Assembly: GCF_009914755.1 (NCBI RefSeq)
Contig: NC_060926.1
Origin: the human T2T-CHM13v2.0 reference genome, Homo sapiens
Length of the DNA stretch: 64,000 nt
Strand: one strand, 5' to 3'
Shown: piece by piece, positions 42,685 through 56,277 of the stretch
Layout: each line of letters begins with the position of its first letter
Position numbering within the stretch: the first letter of the stretch is position 1
The notes under the pieces: generated by a model
Told to the model about the DNA's origin: nothing
What the model saw: the letters and a program-made list of their open reading frames with translations, nothing else
The model's database searches: none
Made by a program: the position numbers and the translations under genes

Positions 42685-43782
42685 TTTTTTTTGTTTTGAA
42701 ATATAATTCACATCTACAATTCACTCATTTAAACTGTACAGGTCAATTGTTTTTAGACTGTTCACAGAGCTGTGCAACCATCACCACTGTCTAATTTTAG
42801 AACCCCCCCTTCATAAGCTTTGTACTAATTAGTAGTCACCTCACATTCCCACTGTCCCCAGCCCCAGCCCTAGGGAACCACTGGTCTGCTCTCTGTCTCT
42901 GTAGCTTTGTCTGGTCTGGGCATTTCATGTGAATGAAATAATATACCATGTGGCCATTAGTGATTGGCTTTTTTCACTTAGCATAGTGTTTTCAAAGTCC
43001 ATCTATGTTGTAGCATGTGTCAGTACCTCATCTCTCTCTTTTTTTTAGTATAATATCTACTGATAGATATACCACTTTTGTTTATCCGTTCAACAAGTGA
43101 AGTCTATTTGGGTTGTTTCCTCCTTTACTATGAATAGTGCTGCTATTGATGCAGGACAGGTGAGCCCCCAAATTGGGGCTTAACCCAGGAGAATTCTTGG
43201 CTTTACCCAGGAAAGAATTTAAGGGTGAGCCAGTGACAGCAGTCATTTATTGAGCAGTACTGTTCCTTGCAGAACAGGGCTAACTCACAGGCAGTGGGCC
43301 CAGAGTAGGCAACGTATGGTCTCTTGGCAGTTGCATTTATACTTACTTATACCTACTTTCAATTACATGCAAATTAAGGGGCAGGTTATTTAGAACTTTC
43401 TAGGAAAGGGGCAGTAACTTCCAGGCCCTTGCCAAGGAAGGGGTTGGTAACATCCAGGTCATTGCCATGGCATTTATAAACTGTCGTGGCGCTGGTGGGA
43501 GTGTCTTATGCTAATGGACAATGGGGGCAGCTAGGGATTGCTTTCCTTGCCATCTTTAGATGCCTGCCTGTTTTTTCACTTCATCTTGTCTGGGCCAGAT
43601 CCTGTTTTGGCCAGTAGGGTTGTGACCAGAAAACAAGTCCTGCAGGTCTCCTATCTCACTATGAACATTTATGTGCCTGTTTTTGTGTGGACATATGTTT
43701 TCATTTCACTTGGATTTATATATCTAGGACTGGGCTTGCTGGATCATATTGTAACTCTATGTTTAACATTTTGAGGACTATA
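42685..43782 (-). mobile_element. L1MB-like 3' end, split by an LTR
   Basis: ATATAATTCACA…GAGCTGTGCAACCATCACCAC; the L1 text GCTGCTAT|GAACATT is interrupted at the LTR. Confidence 0.75.
43147..43658 (-). mobile_element. MER41-related (MER41E-like) ERV1 solo LTR, TSD CTAT
   Basis: TG…CA termini; TSD CTAT at 43143-43146 and 43659-43662. The minus strand shares CACTCCCACCAGCGCC…ACAGTTTA…AAATGCC with the MER41A copy at 61212. Confidence 0.75.
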
Positions 43783-44405
43783 ATAAGTAATTTGAAAAGT
43801 AGTCCCTTAAATAACAGCTAGGTGGAGTATACTAGAGTTACCCTAATCATTTTGAAATGATTTCACATAATAGAGTTCCACTTAGCATGGGTGTATGTGG
43901 TTTTAACTTTTACATCTTGAAAGGAAACTTTGTGTAGTAACAGGAAATTGTTGAAATATAGTGTACTTGCTGTTTGAGAAGAAAAAAATGGTGATATTTT
44001 TAAAAGTTTGCTGCTAATAATTCAGATTGTTTGAAACAGTTTGGAGGAAACAAAACCAAACAGAAATCTGAAACCATGGAAAAACTTCCTTGTGACTAAA
44101 CCAATCACTGTGCAGTGTGTACCACAAAAAATAATGTCAAGAAGTCCGCTTCTTTATGTCTTTGCATTTTGTCCTAGCTTGACTGAGCACTGTTCTCCCT
44201 CAAGACTCAGGCCTTGGTTGTATATTAATTGCTTTTCTCTGTTTTAGTTGATTTTCCTTAGCCTTCTAAGATCCCCTTCTAATGGAAAGAACGCTTAGCC
44301 GGTCACAGGAGATGTGAGGTCTTAGCCTGACTGTCACAACTGGCCTCTTTGAGTTGTGAGCAGAGAAAATTTCTGCTAGAACTTTCTTCATGCTTAAGGG
44401 ACTTA

Positions 44406-44565
44406 CGTGTGTGTGTGTGTGTGTTTATATATGTGTGTGTATATATAAACACATATATTACACATATATACACAACATAAACATATACAACATATTACAC
44501 ATAATATGCATTACATATATAACATATTACATAACATAACATATATTACATGTAACATATATTTA
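44406..44565. repeat. (TG)n/(TA)n/CATATA low-complexity region
   Basis: Read directly from the sequence. Confidence 0.85.
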
Positions 44566-47500
44566 TGGGCTCATATTTTGTGTAGATGGATTTAATTTCA
44601 GTAAACCTGCTTTCTGACTTCATCACTTAGTTCTTTTATTATATTAATAATTTTTCTGGCTGTGTCTCATGAAGGGAAAAACAAAACATGAGCTTAAACT
44701 TCAAATGGGAAGAGATAAATGCTACTCAGTAAACCAAATGATGGTTTTATTAGGCTCAGGATCTTTGGTGGTGCCAATGTAGTTTTAGTTTACTAAATAC
44801 TTTTATCATTCCTATCTCAATTTATGTTTTCAGTCTTTCTAACTTGTTGTTGAAAATTTACTTTGGGCTTAATGTATGGCAAGCAATCATCTTCCTAAGG
44901 GGTATGGGTTGTTTCTACCTTAACATTAATCTTTTTGCTTTGATTATGGGATCATGGAAAAATAGCAGTTACTGACAGGCAACTTACTTTGGCTACAGCT
45001 AAGCTACTTCTTTTTCCTCTCCCCTTCCTTTTCTCTCTCCCTTCTTTCCTTTTAACCCTATAAGTAACAAATGGAAATGTTCTCTATGAAACATTAGAGA
45101 AAGGTTTAATTCCCTTTGACCACCATCCTCAGTCACAGCTGTCCCATCCCATAGAGGCAACCGCATGTGTCATTGGCAGGTATTCTTCTAGACAGATCTC
45201 TGTGCATTTGTAATTATTTATATAAACCATATGGCATTAAGCCTTTTGGGGGAGGGTGTGGTTTCCTTCCTTCCAAAAATGGTATTGCATTTTCTCTTAG
45301 CAATACATCTTGGAGAGCAGATCAGTTTAGAAAATACAGCTTGACTGCATTCTTTCCAGCTGCTGCATATTGTGTCATAGTATTTGGATGTACCATAGTT
45401 AATTTAGCTCTCTCCCCATCAGTGGACATTAATGTTTCTTCTTTTTCTGTTACAGACAATGCTGCAAGGAAACATCTTTGTACATTCAGTTGAATATTTC
45501 TCTAGGGTAAATACTAAGAGGGAATTAATGATATTCAGAATAGCAATACCTACTTATCAGTTTGCCCTCTAAACTGGGTATACCACTTGATACTCCCTCC
45601 AGCTGTGAAGGCAAGGACACCAACAATGATTTTTAGAATATCAGGGGCAAAACTTTTTTTTTTTTTTTTTTTTAACAATCTACAGGAGAGGGGAATGGAG
45701 TTTTATTGTTTTAATTTGCATTTTCTTGAAAATAGTGAAGTCGAACATTTCTTTGTATATTTATTGAGCATTTGTATTTTCTTCCTATGAACAGCATATG
45801 TCTAATTAGATGATTTATAAAATATTCAGGTTAAATTATTTTATGCATGTAACATTTTTGGGTGACTATTGTCATAACATACATATAGAGAAGTACATAA
45901 ATCACAAATTTCAGTTTTAATAAAGTGAATGCACCCTGTGTAACCAGCAGCCAGTTAAAGAAACAGAGTATTACCAAAATCTTAAAAGCTCCCTGGTGCT
46001 TTCAGTTCCTATACCTGCTCCACACCTCCCAAGGATAACCATTACTCGTACTTGTAACGTTATAATGTAGCTTATCTGTTTTTGAACTTCAGATAAGAAG
46101 AACCATACAGCATATACTTGGCTTCTATGTATTATCTTGAATTTTAAGCAAGATAATTATATCAGGGTTTGGAGAACTGTGAATATTTAATTCACACTAA
46201 ACCTTTCAGTAAACCTCAAGAGGTAAGTAATAAGAGATAAGTTGTGTCATTTTGAGGTAATCCTAAACCACCTTTATTCTGGTTTAAGAACTCTCAGACT
46301 TCCCCCAGGGAATTACCAGGCTTGTTTATTAAATCCATTAACGGTTCAGAGTCCTTCCTTGCTTCATTTTGGGTACATATAACTGAAGTTTGGCCCCATT
46401 CTGCTCTTTAACTGTCCTGTTGTGTTTGCTCAGAATTGGTGAACTGGGCTTTTATTTCTCCTAAGTTCTCCCTAACTAAAAAGCTTGTTATCTTGTAACT
46501 TCTTTTTGTTCCTAAGAAAGTATTATTCTTTTGTTCTGTTTCGGAAGAATGAAACTGTGTAGTTTGTTCCTTTCCTGTTGTCTGTTTGTTTTTTCCAAAC
46601 AGATAAAGGTTTTTTCTTTTGATGATTTGTTTATTAAAGGAATATACTTTTCTGTCTTTGGAATATTTTTAACATAAATTTTTAAATATTTCTAATGGTT
46701 TCTCAAAACCGTACTATAATAGAGACAGTGTTTTAAAATTAATAAGTAAAGATGAGTAAAGTCACTAATGGTAACATTCTATTTATTTTTAATTAATAGT
46801 CGCTTCCTAAAGGAATTTAAAGTTTTTTATAATAAAAGACACGTGATAATGCTATTAAGAATACAAATAAAAGATTGAAAGAGGAGAAAGAGATAGTAAT
46901 AGCTATAATCTTTCTTCCTGGAATTGAATGTTAAATTTAGCTATGAGCCTTTGAGACTCAAAAGGAAAACAAATACAGTTCTCATTGGGGGAATAAAGAA
47001 ACATACCATTTCTTTAGGCAGGACAGTTTATGTTACTAAGTTCTGAAAGAAAATTACATGGATCCTTGTAGATTGCACAGAAAGGCTTGCATACACTCTT
47101 TAACAGCAGTTAGAAAATGCAGACATGTTCATCAGAATGAGGCTGTGCAAATTAGCATCTATCCATAGATTTAAAAGAAATTAATTAGCTCATAAATATT
47201 TCACTAACGTTTATGGAAAAAAACAATCAGTTTGACTGTGTCTGGTTGTGAAGCTTACAAGAAGAGTGGTGCATAAATAATGAACATATTTCAATTCCTT
47301 CAGATTGCAGAATAATCTCAGTAATCAGGTTCTGATTATTTTAGCTGTCTTTTAAAATATTTCTATTTTTATTGCTAATGATAATTGTAATAATGACTGT
47401 TATTGTATATGCATATACTATATATGCAATAATTGACGTTAGTGTTCACTTTAATTTTATGTATTTGATTTTGTCATTTGAATCAAAATCAATGTGTTGC

Positions 47501-47644
47501 TTATAGTTGTCTTGGAAAAATTATAAAGTTGTCTGATATATTTGTTTTAACTGACTCCCAAGGATTGCTTTTCTAGTAGAGTATTTGATTAGAGATTACA
47601 ACAAAAAATAATTTTAACAGGGATTAACTGATGTCTTTTCAAAT

Positions 47645-49810
47645 TTTTTATTAAATATTTTTATTTAAGTTCAGGTTTACATGTGCAAGTTTGTTATATA
47701 GGTAAACTTGTGTCATGGGGGTTTGTTAAACAGATTATTTTGTCACCCAGGTATTAAGCCTAGTACCTGTTAGTTATTTTTCCTGATTGACTCCCACCCT
47801 CTACCCTTCAGTAGGCCCCAGTGTCCCCTCTGTGTGTCAATGTGTTCTTAGCCTTTAGCTCCCATTTATAAGTGAGAGCATGTGGTATTTGGATTTCTGT
47901 TCCTGCGTTAGTTTGCTTAGGATAATGGTCTCCAGCTCCATCCATGTTCCTGCAAAGGACATGATCTTATTCTTTTTTATGGCTGCATAGTATTCCCTGG
48001 TGTATTTGTACCACATTTTCTTTATCCAGTCTACCATTGATGGGCATTTAGGTTGATTCCATGTGTTTGCTATTGTGAATAGCTGCAGTGAACATACACA
48101 TGCATGTGTCTTTATGATAGAAGAATTTATACTTCTTTGGGTATATATCCAGTAAGGGGTCTGTGGGTTTTTAGGTCTTTGCAGAATTGCCACACTGTTT
48201 AACACAATGGTTGAACTAATTTACACTCCCACCAGTAGCATATAAGCATTCATTTTTCTCTGCAACCTCGTCAGCACCTGTTATTTTTTCTTTTTAGTAA
48301 TAGCCATTCTGACTGGTGTGAAATGGTATCTAATTGTGGTTTTGATTTGCATTTCTGTAATGATCAGTGATGTTCAGCTTTTTCCTCATATGCTCGTTGG
48401 CCACATGTATGTCTTCTTTTGAAAAGTGTCTGTTCATGTCTTTTGCGCACTTTTTAATGGGTTTTTCTCTTGTAAGTTTAAGTTTTTTATAGATGCTGGA
48501 TATTAGACCTTTGTTAGATGCATAGTTTGAAAAAATTTTTTCCCTTTCCGTTAGTTGTCTGTTCACTCTGTTGATAATTTCTTTTGCTGTGCAAAAGTTT
48601 TTAGTTTTCTGAAATCTCGTTTGTCAGTTCTTGCTTTCGTTGCAGTTACTTTTGGTATCTTTGTCATGAAATCTTTGCCAGTTCCTATGTCCAGAATAGT
48701 ATTGCCTTCCGGGTTTTTATAGTTTTGAGTTTTATATTTAAGTCTCTAATCCATCTTGAGATGATTTTTTGTATATCGTGTAAGGAAGGGGTCCAGTTTC
48801 AGTCTTCTTCTAGAACCATTTATTGAATAGGGAGTCCTTTCCCCATTGCTTGTTTTTGTCAGCTTTGTTGAAGATCAGATAGTTGTAGGCGTGATGCCTT
48901 ATTTCTGGGTTCTCTATTCTGTTCCATTGGTCTATGTGTCTGTTTTTGTACCAGTACCATGCTGTTTTGGTTACTGTAGCCCTGTAATATAGTTTTAAGT
49001 TGGGTAGCATGATGTTTCTAACTTTGTTCTTTTTGCTTAGGATTGCCTAAGCAAAAAGTGAAGAGCTCTTTGGGCTCTTTTTTGGTTCCATATGATTTTT
49101 AAAATAGTTTTTTTCTAGTTCTGTGAAGAATGTCATTGGTTGTTTAATAGGAATAGCATTGAATCTATAAATTACTTTGTGTAGTATGGCCATTTTAATG
49201 ATATTGATTCTTTCTATCCATGAGCATGAAATGTTTTTCCATTTGTTTGTGTCATCTCTGATTTCTTTGAGCAGTGTTTTGTAGTTCTCCTTGTAGAAAT
49301 CTTTTCACCTTACTGATTAACTGTATTCCTAGTTATTTTATTCTTTTTGTGGCAATTGTGAATGGGATTGGGTTTTTGATTTGGCTTTCAGCTTGACTAT
49401 TGTTGGTATATAGGAATATTAGTGATTTTTATACATTGATTTTGTATCCTGAGACTTTGCTAAAGTTGTTTATCAGCTTAAGGAGTTTTTGGGCCAAGAC
49501 TTTGGGTTTTCTAGATATAGGTTCATGTCATCTGCAAACAGGGATAGTTTGACTTCCTCTCTTCCTATTTGGATGCTCTTTATTTCTTTCTCTTGCCTGA
49601 TTGTTCAGCCAGGATTTCCAATTCTATGTTGAATAGGAGTAGTGAGAGAGCATCTTTGTTTTGTGCCAGTTATCAAGGGGAATGCCTTCACTTTCGTCCA
49701 TTCAGTATGATATTGGCTGTGGTTTTTGTCATAGATGGTTCTTATTATTTTGAGGTATGTTCCTTAAAAGCCCAGTTATTGAGAGTTTTCAACATGAATG
49801 GGGTGTTGAA
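47645..49810 (-). mobile_element. Older primate L1PA (approximately L1PA11-16) 3' ~2.2 kb
   Basis: L1 3' UTR (ACATGTGCAAGTTTGTTATATAGGTAAACTTGTGTCATGGGGGTTTG) and ORF2 fragments ([30 protein letters not shown]). Confidence 0.9.
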
Positions 49811-49898
49811 TAGTATAGCTGTCCAGTGGGAATATATTTTGTTTCTAAATTCACCATGTGTTGTCTCCATATTTCAGGATTAGGTCAAAGCAGAATAC

Positions 49899-50210
<312 letters not shown>

Positions 50211-50519
50211 TAAAATCAGTGTCATCAGCTGATGTGGAAGCCAAATGTGGCAGGGAGAGCAGGAATTTTATTAGCACATGGTCAAGAAGCCAAGTACAGA
50301 TTAGGATTTGTGCCAGGTTCACCTGGACACTCTATTCTTGACTCAAACAGATGGTTTGTTTAGTAGCAAGGATTTTGGTGATAACAACTTTCAGAGAGTC
50401 TTCCTTTTGTGCCATCCTCTCAGAATTTGGACCGAATGCCTTCTCTATCTAATGTATAGTTGTCACCCTGAAATCTCCCTTTCAGGATCATCCTTCTTGA
50501 CCTCTCATCTATGATGATC

Positions 50520-51450
50520 TCTTACTTGCTGTATTTCAGATCTCCCTTAGTCTTTGTTTACTTCTTTTAGTGGAGCCCATTTTCCAGTAGCTTCTTTTTA
50601 AAAGATTGTATGGGAAGTCACTTTTACACCTGGCATGTCTGACAGTGTTTTTCTACCAACTACTCTAACACTTGCTACAGGGACGGGTTGGAAATAATTT
50701 TCTTTAGAATCTTAAAGTTTTTGTTCTGTTTTTGTCTTGCTCCTGGTATTGGCTGCTGAGATGTTCAAAGCTGGTCTAATTTTTAATCCTTTGTATGTAA
50801 CCTGTTTTTTCCTTTCTAGAAGGTTTGTGGAACGTTCTTTGTCTCCACTCTTCTGTAAGTTACAGTGGTATTCCTTGGTGAACATCTGTTTTCATCCATT
50901 ATCTTTGCTATTAGTAGGCTCTGTTAATGTGGAATGTCATTTTCTCCGGTTCCGGGGAATTTTTTTGAGATTGTTGTTGCTGATTTCCCCCTCTCCAATT
51001 TCTCACAACTCTTTTTGGCCCTTGTATTACTGGCATATGGGACCTCGTGTCTTGGCCCTTTCATATATTCTTTCTGCTTTCCATCTCTTTATCTTCTGCT
51101 GGGCTTTTTGGGAGATTTTTTCTCAACTTTATTTTCTAACTCTTTGGTCGTGTATAATTTTTGCTAATCATTTTTGCTGTTTTAAACTTTCAGTAGCTCT
51201 TTTATTCTCTGGATATTTCCTTTCTTCATTTTATTTTCCCACAAGAACATGTTATTGTTTCCTGATTGCAGTATTTATTGTCTTTTTGAAAATGTTAAAG
51301 ATAGTTTTCTTTGAAGTTTTCTTTTCCCCTGAATAGTTTATTTCCTTCAAGTATACTTTTTTTTCTGTTTAATTTAGTCTCTAATGTCATGTTAGAGTGT
51401 TTGCTCAGAAGTCTCATTATCTGTTCCTAATAAAAAATGGGTGATTTAGA
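50520..51450 (-). mobile_element. Highly decayed ancient L1 (L1M) fragment
   Basis: T-rich antisense L1-like text (GGTTGGAAATAATTTTCTTTAGAA, GCTGCTGAGA…TCCTTTGTATGTAACCTG). Confidence 0.5.
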
Positions 51451-51558
51451 AAGCCAGTAGAGGCTTGCACGTAGGTGAGGCTTGTGAACTTTGGGCTTTA
51501 CTGAGGGGTGATTTATGTGGGCTGTTTATTAGGGAATCCCTCAATGTTTCTGTATTTT

Positions 51559-51639
51559 CGAACTCCTGACCTCAAGTGATCTGACCGCCTCGGCCTCCCA
51601 AAGTGCTAGGATTACAGGCATGAGTCACCGCGCCTGGCC
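51559..51639 (-). mobile_element. 81-bp 3'-truncated, tailless Alu flanked by a 14-bp TSD
   Basis: The Alu 5' end GGCCAGGCGCGG…GGAGTTCG (minus strand) lies between TGTTTCTGTATTTT at 51545-51558 and 51640-51653. Confidence 0.85.
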
Positions 51640-51713
51640 TGTTTCTGTATTTTTGTCTTTCCTCATAGCCTGGTCAGACATCCCAGAGAGTACACTCCTG
51701 TCTTCTGCCTAGG

Positions 51714-51912
51714 ACTGTGCTGTTCAATACTGTGGCCACTACCCACATGTAGCTATTTAAATTGAAATATAATTAAGTTAAAAATTCATTTCTTCAATGG
51801 CACTAGCCACATTTCAGATGCTCAATAGCTACATGTAGCTAATGGCTGCAGTTTTGGACAGCATAACTAGGGAACATTTCCATCATTGCAGAATATTCTA
51901 TAGGACAACTGG
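51714..51912. mobile_element. MER3-like hAT MITE
   Basis: TGTGCTGTTCAATAC…CACTAGCCACATTTCA…GCTCAATAGCTACATGTAGCTA…TTGGACAGCA…GAACATTTCCATCATTGCAGAA. Confidence 0.7.
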
Positions 51913-53926
51913 CATAGGACCAAAGATCTTGTTGCCAGCCATCTGAGAGCTCATCCAGGGAAGATGGTCTGAGGTTTTAGCATTCAGGATTCAGCATGTA
52001 TATGGTCACTTAATCCCACTGTTCTTAGAGTGGTGACCATGCCCTAAACTGTGCATTTCCTAATTGGGAAACTCTGTTTTACCTTCTCTAGAGAATAGAC
52101 ATGCAAGTTTATGCTGCGGTAGGAGAGGGACAGTTACCCAGAGGTGCAGAGAGAGAAGGGAATCTAGGAATCCACCTGCCCCTCACTCATTACCTAATCC
52201 TCTTTATTTTGGCAAACTGCCATTCATCTCCATTTGCATCCAGCAGTACCTGATGCTTCCGCCTCCTAGGCCTTAGGAGGATTCTGTGGGTTTGTTTTCA
52301 ACTTTTTCCTCTGCTGGCTTACACTTTGTCTTTGCAGGTCAGCCAGGATAGTCAACATTTGGCTTTCTGCTTTCCAGCTTTTAAAATGTTGTTCTTTTTT
52401 TGGTTATTCTTTGTAGGTGTGGGATTTTTAGTGTGTTTTTTGAGAGAGCACAATTAGATATTTCATCTTAATATGAAACTCTTCAGACCTTTTTAGTTTT
52501 GTTTTTAGTTTTTTGGAATTCTTATTTTATTTCATGACACATTTGTTTTTATCAAAATTAATAAATTTATGTAAGCAAAAATAGAAAAAATTAACCACTG
52601 TATAATGTATATATAAAAGGTTATCATATTCTAGATAATGCTTTGTAACTCCTCATTTTCCTTATGTTGATATTGTTCTGCTGGATGTCTTCTCTTTGCC
52701 CTCTGGACACGCTCTCCATTCTTTTCTTTTGTCTGCCTCAAGAGACCCAGGGGGCACACTTTTCTCTTATTTCCAGTTGGGTGAGGTCAAGGGGAAGGAA
52801 GCCCTCGAAGGAGATAAAAGGGTGGATGGAGATTAAGGAGAGGATATTTATCTCCAGATAGCCTCTTTGTGGCATAATCTTGAGTTTACTATGCCCCTCT
52901 GTTGAAATCAGACCTATTAATACACCTAGAAATACATGTACTCACATACACAAATATACATAGATGTACACATTTTTAAAAAATTTGGCTTAAGGCAAAA
53001 ATGGGATCATGCCATCTATTATATTTTGCAATCGGTTTTATTTACTGAATGTCAAGGATACCCAGTCATATCAGATGATGTGAGTTTCCTTATTCTCTTG
53101 AATGCCTGCTTAGTATTTCATAATAAATGTTAAAATAAATGTTCCCCCTTCTCTTATTGGTAGGCTTTATTATTGCCCACTGTTTATTATTACAAATTAT
53201 ACTTACATGAACAATGTTGTATCCATTTCTCTGTGTACTCCTATAAATATTTCTGCGTGATAGAGTTCTTGAAATATAATTATTAATTAAAAATGCACAT
53301 TTCTGTCTTGACAAGTACTGCCTTATTACTAACTTAAAGGGTGGTACTTAATTTACAGTCTTAGTAGCAGGATAGAAAAATACATTTGTATCTATAGCCC
53401 TGCTAATGTTAAATATTGTGAATATTTTCAGTTTTTCTAATGAGATAGAAGGAAAATGGTACTTTAATTTATATTTTACTGATTACTAATGAACATATTT
53501 CACAAAAGATGTGTTAGGGTTTTTCACTGGAAAATTTGTTGAATCTAAACTGAGTTTAGATTAATTATTAATGTGTAGTTATATATAAATATACTGTTTG
53601 CTACATTTAACTATATGTATTTAAATATATAAATATCAATAAATATATGTATATATAAGTCAGCACAAGTTAATTTTCATTTTCCTGCATTTTTGGAAAA
53701 AATGGGGAATTTCTAGGGTTCCCTAGTTACTAGAGTAAAAAATGCAAGAAGTGCAACTTTAGTATAATGTAGTTGAGTGGTTTTGTGTGTACTTTATTGA
53801 CCCCTAGTCTCATGAATGAATGAGTTTGCATTTGCTTAAACAATATGCTTAATTCATTATATGCTTTTATTATTCATTATTTACTTTTTGGCCTTTAAAC
53901 TCTCTGCAGTTTTGGATTCTTTTCTC

Positions 53927-54376
53927 TGTGAAAAGAAAATATCTTGGGCCCCCCAAATCACTAAGCTAAAGGAAGAGGTCAAGCTGGGAACTGCTTAGAG
54001 CAAACCTGCTTCCCATTCTATTCGTAGTCACCCCTCTGCTAACTGAGATAAATACATATCTGCTTGCCTTCTGTGGAGGGGCTAATCAGAAACTCAAAAG
54101 AATGCAACCATTTGTCTCTTATCTACCTATGACCTGGAAGCCCCCTCCCTGCTTCGAGTTGTCCCGCCTTTCCAGATAGAACCAAATGTTCATCTTACAT
54201 GTGTTGATTGATGTCTCATGTCTCTCTAAAATGTATAAAACCAAACTGTGGTCTGACCACCTTGGGCACGTGCCTTCAGGACCTCCTGAGGCTGTGTCAC
54301 GGGTGCCTGTTCTCAACCTTGGTAAAATAAACTTTCTAAATTAACTGAGACCTGTCTCAAATTTTGGGGGCTCACA
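53927..54376 (+). mobile_element. MER4A1-like ERV1 solo LTR
   Basis: TGTGAAAAGAAAATATCTTGGGCCCC…AATCACTAAGCTAAAGG…AATAAA…GAGACCTGTCTCA…CTCACA. Confidence 0.85.
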
Positions 54377-56277
54377 ACTGCATTTTCTGAGAATCTCCTT
54401 GGTTATAGGTTCTCTTAGCTCTCTCAATATAAACAGTGTCAGGGACTCGTTAATGGAACTAAATCTTTCATTCCTTTACTTGTAAGTACTACTGATAAAT
54501 CAGCAACTTGCTTTTGAGGCTTTTGTTTGGATGAGGTGAGAATGTAAAGTGCCTATTTTAGGACATACTTGACATTGTCAAGGGACATAACAAGGTCCTT
54601 TTGAACCTTCACATTTACAAATCTATTGTAGCATATCACTTCCCCCAAGAAGTGCTTATGAAGTAAGTAGAACAGAATAAAGGCTTTTTGAGATTAGGAT
54701 ACTAGACAGTTGGCCAGAGTCATTAATTACTACCTAAATGGTTTGTTTTTTGACATCAGCCTTGCAGTGTTCACAATTCAGTTTTGAGTTTCAGCAGATT
54801 ACTTCCATGTTATGACCTTTGGATTATTCATGAATAGTTGAATCTCTAGATGTTAAATATGTAAATACCAAGAGCCCTCTGTAAAGTTCCTGATAGGTAT
54901 TCGGTGGTCAAAAGGTAGCCTATATTTAGAATTTCTGTGTTAGTAGAGGCCCCAGAGAGGTTTTCCCCTAACCTCCTAACTTTATAAGTGAGGTGTCCAG
55001 GTTAAGTAATGTGGTTGTGATCCTCTGGCTGTTGAGTGTTGGAGCTGCATCACAGACCTCTGTGATACCAGCGTCTGTCAGTCCTGGGATTTTTGCCAAC
55101 AAGTCCCATGCACTCTCTGTTTGGATCCAGAGCAGGCTCTTAACAAAATCAATCTGTATACTGATTGAGTTCATGTTTATATACATTTCACTTTTGAAAC
55201 GTTTATATACATTTCACTTTTAACATTTATCCTAAAACATGACTCATATGCCTTAGATATTTTTCCTCCACCCCTAGTGACCTGGCAAATGTGGTTTTCT
55301 TGGCCATCCTGGCCTGGGTGTGTGTACTTTCTCCCTCAGGCCTATGTTGTTGTAACCCCCGCTCCCCCACTGCCCCCATTGTATACCTATACCTCAGTAA
55401 TATGAGTTTAAAAAGTTTTCTGATTAAGCCATGCTGTTTCAAATTTCTGTGACTCTGTAGGTTATTGCCTGGAGTATTCTCTCCCCTCCCACAACCACTT
55501 TTCCTCCAAGAGTCTAAAGCCTTCTTTAATCCCTGTTAGCAGAGTTCATCTTGTCTACTTTGATCTACCCTTAACACCTGTTGCATACCTCCTATCCCTC
55601 TATTACAGCATGTATCACAGTGAATTGCAATCATTTATTTTCGTACTTAGCTTCCCCATTAGACTCTGAGAGTAACGCTAGTTGCTAACACTTGACTTGT
55701 TATGTGAATAAAATAACTAAGGAGATTCTATGAAAATGTTTCCTTCCTGAGCAAGGAACTATAGGTATCCTTAATGGAGTCCATTAATCTTTGTCAGGGA
55801 GTGTCCTCCCACACTGTCATATGTTAACTTAAAGAATAACGTACACAGTTATTAGTGAGGTTATTAAGATTGTTGTTAATTCGCTGAAAGGAAAGTGGTC
55901 ATTTGGAAAAACTTGTTAGGTTACACTTGAAGTAGGCATAGTTTTTCAGGATTATCTACAGTTCACTTCTCTATCTCTGTTATTTGTCAATAAAATGTTA
56001 TATGCCCTTTTAAAACTGCACTTAGTTTTCAAATGTCTTTTTAAAAACAGTATCAGTATTATACAAAGAATGCACAAAACATGATACTAAATTGCAGTGT
56101 TTTTAATTACTTTTCAATCATGGCGTTTTTTATTTTAAAGGGTTTTTAAAGATTAAATATTTAATTTGTCAGTTATTTAACCCAATTTTCTTCCAGCAGA
56201 AGCTGGCAACTCCCATTCCTTGCCCTTCCCCAAGTTTTGGTGTGCTATACATTACGTTAGGTATTGAGGGATAGTAA

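Noticed and set aside
50737-51336. Longest ORF (199 aa, hydrophobic, membrane-protein-like)
   Set aside because: Starts at TTG, and its F/L/S richness reflects T-rich antisense decayed L1; no domain or splice support.
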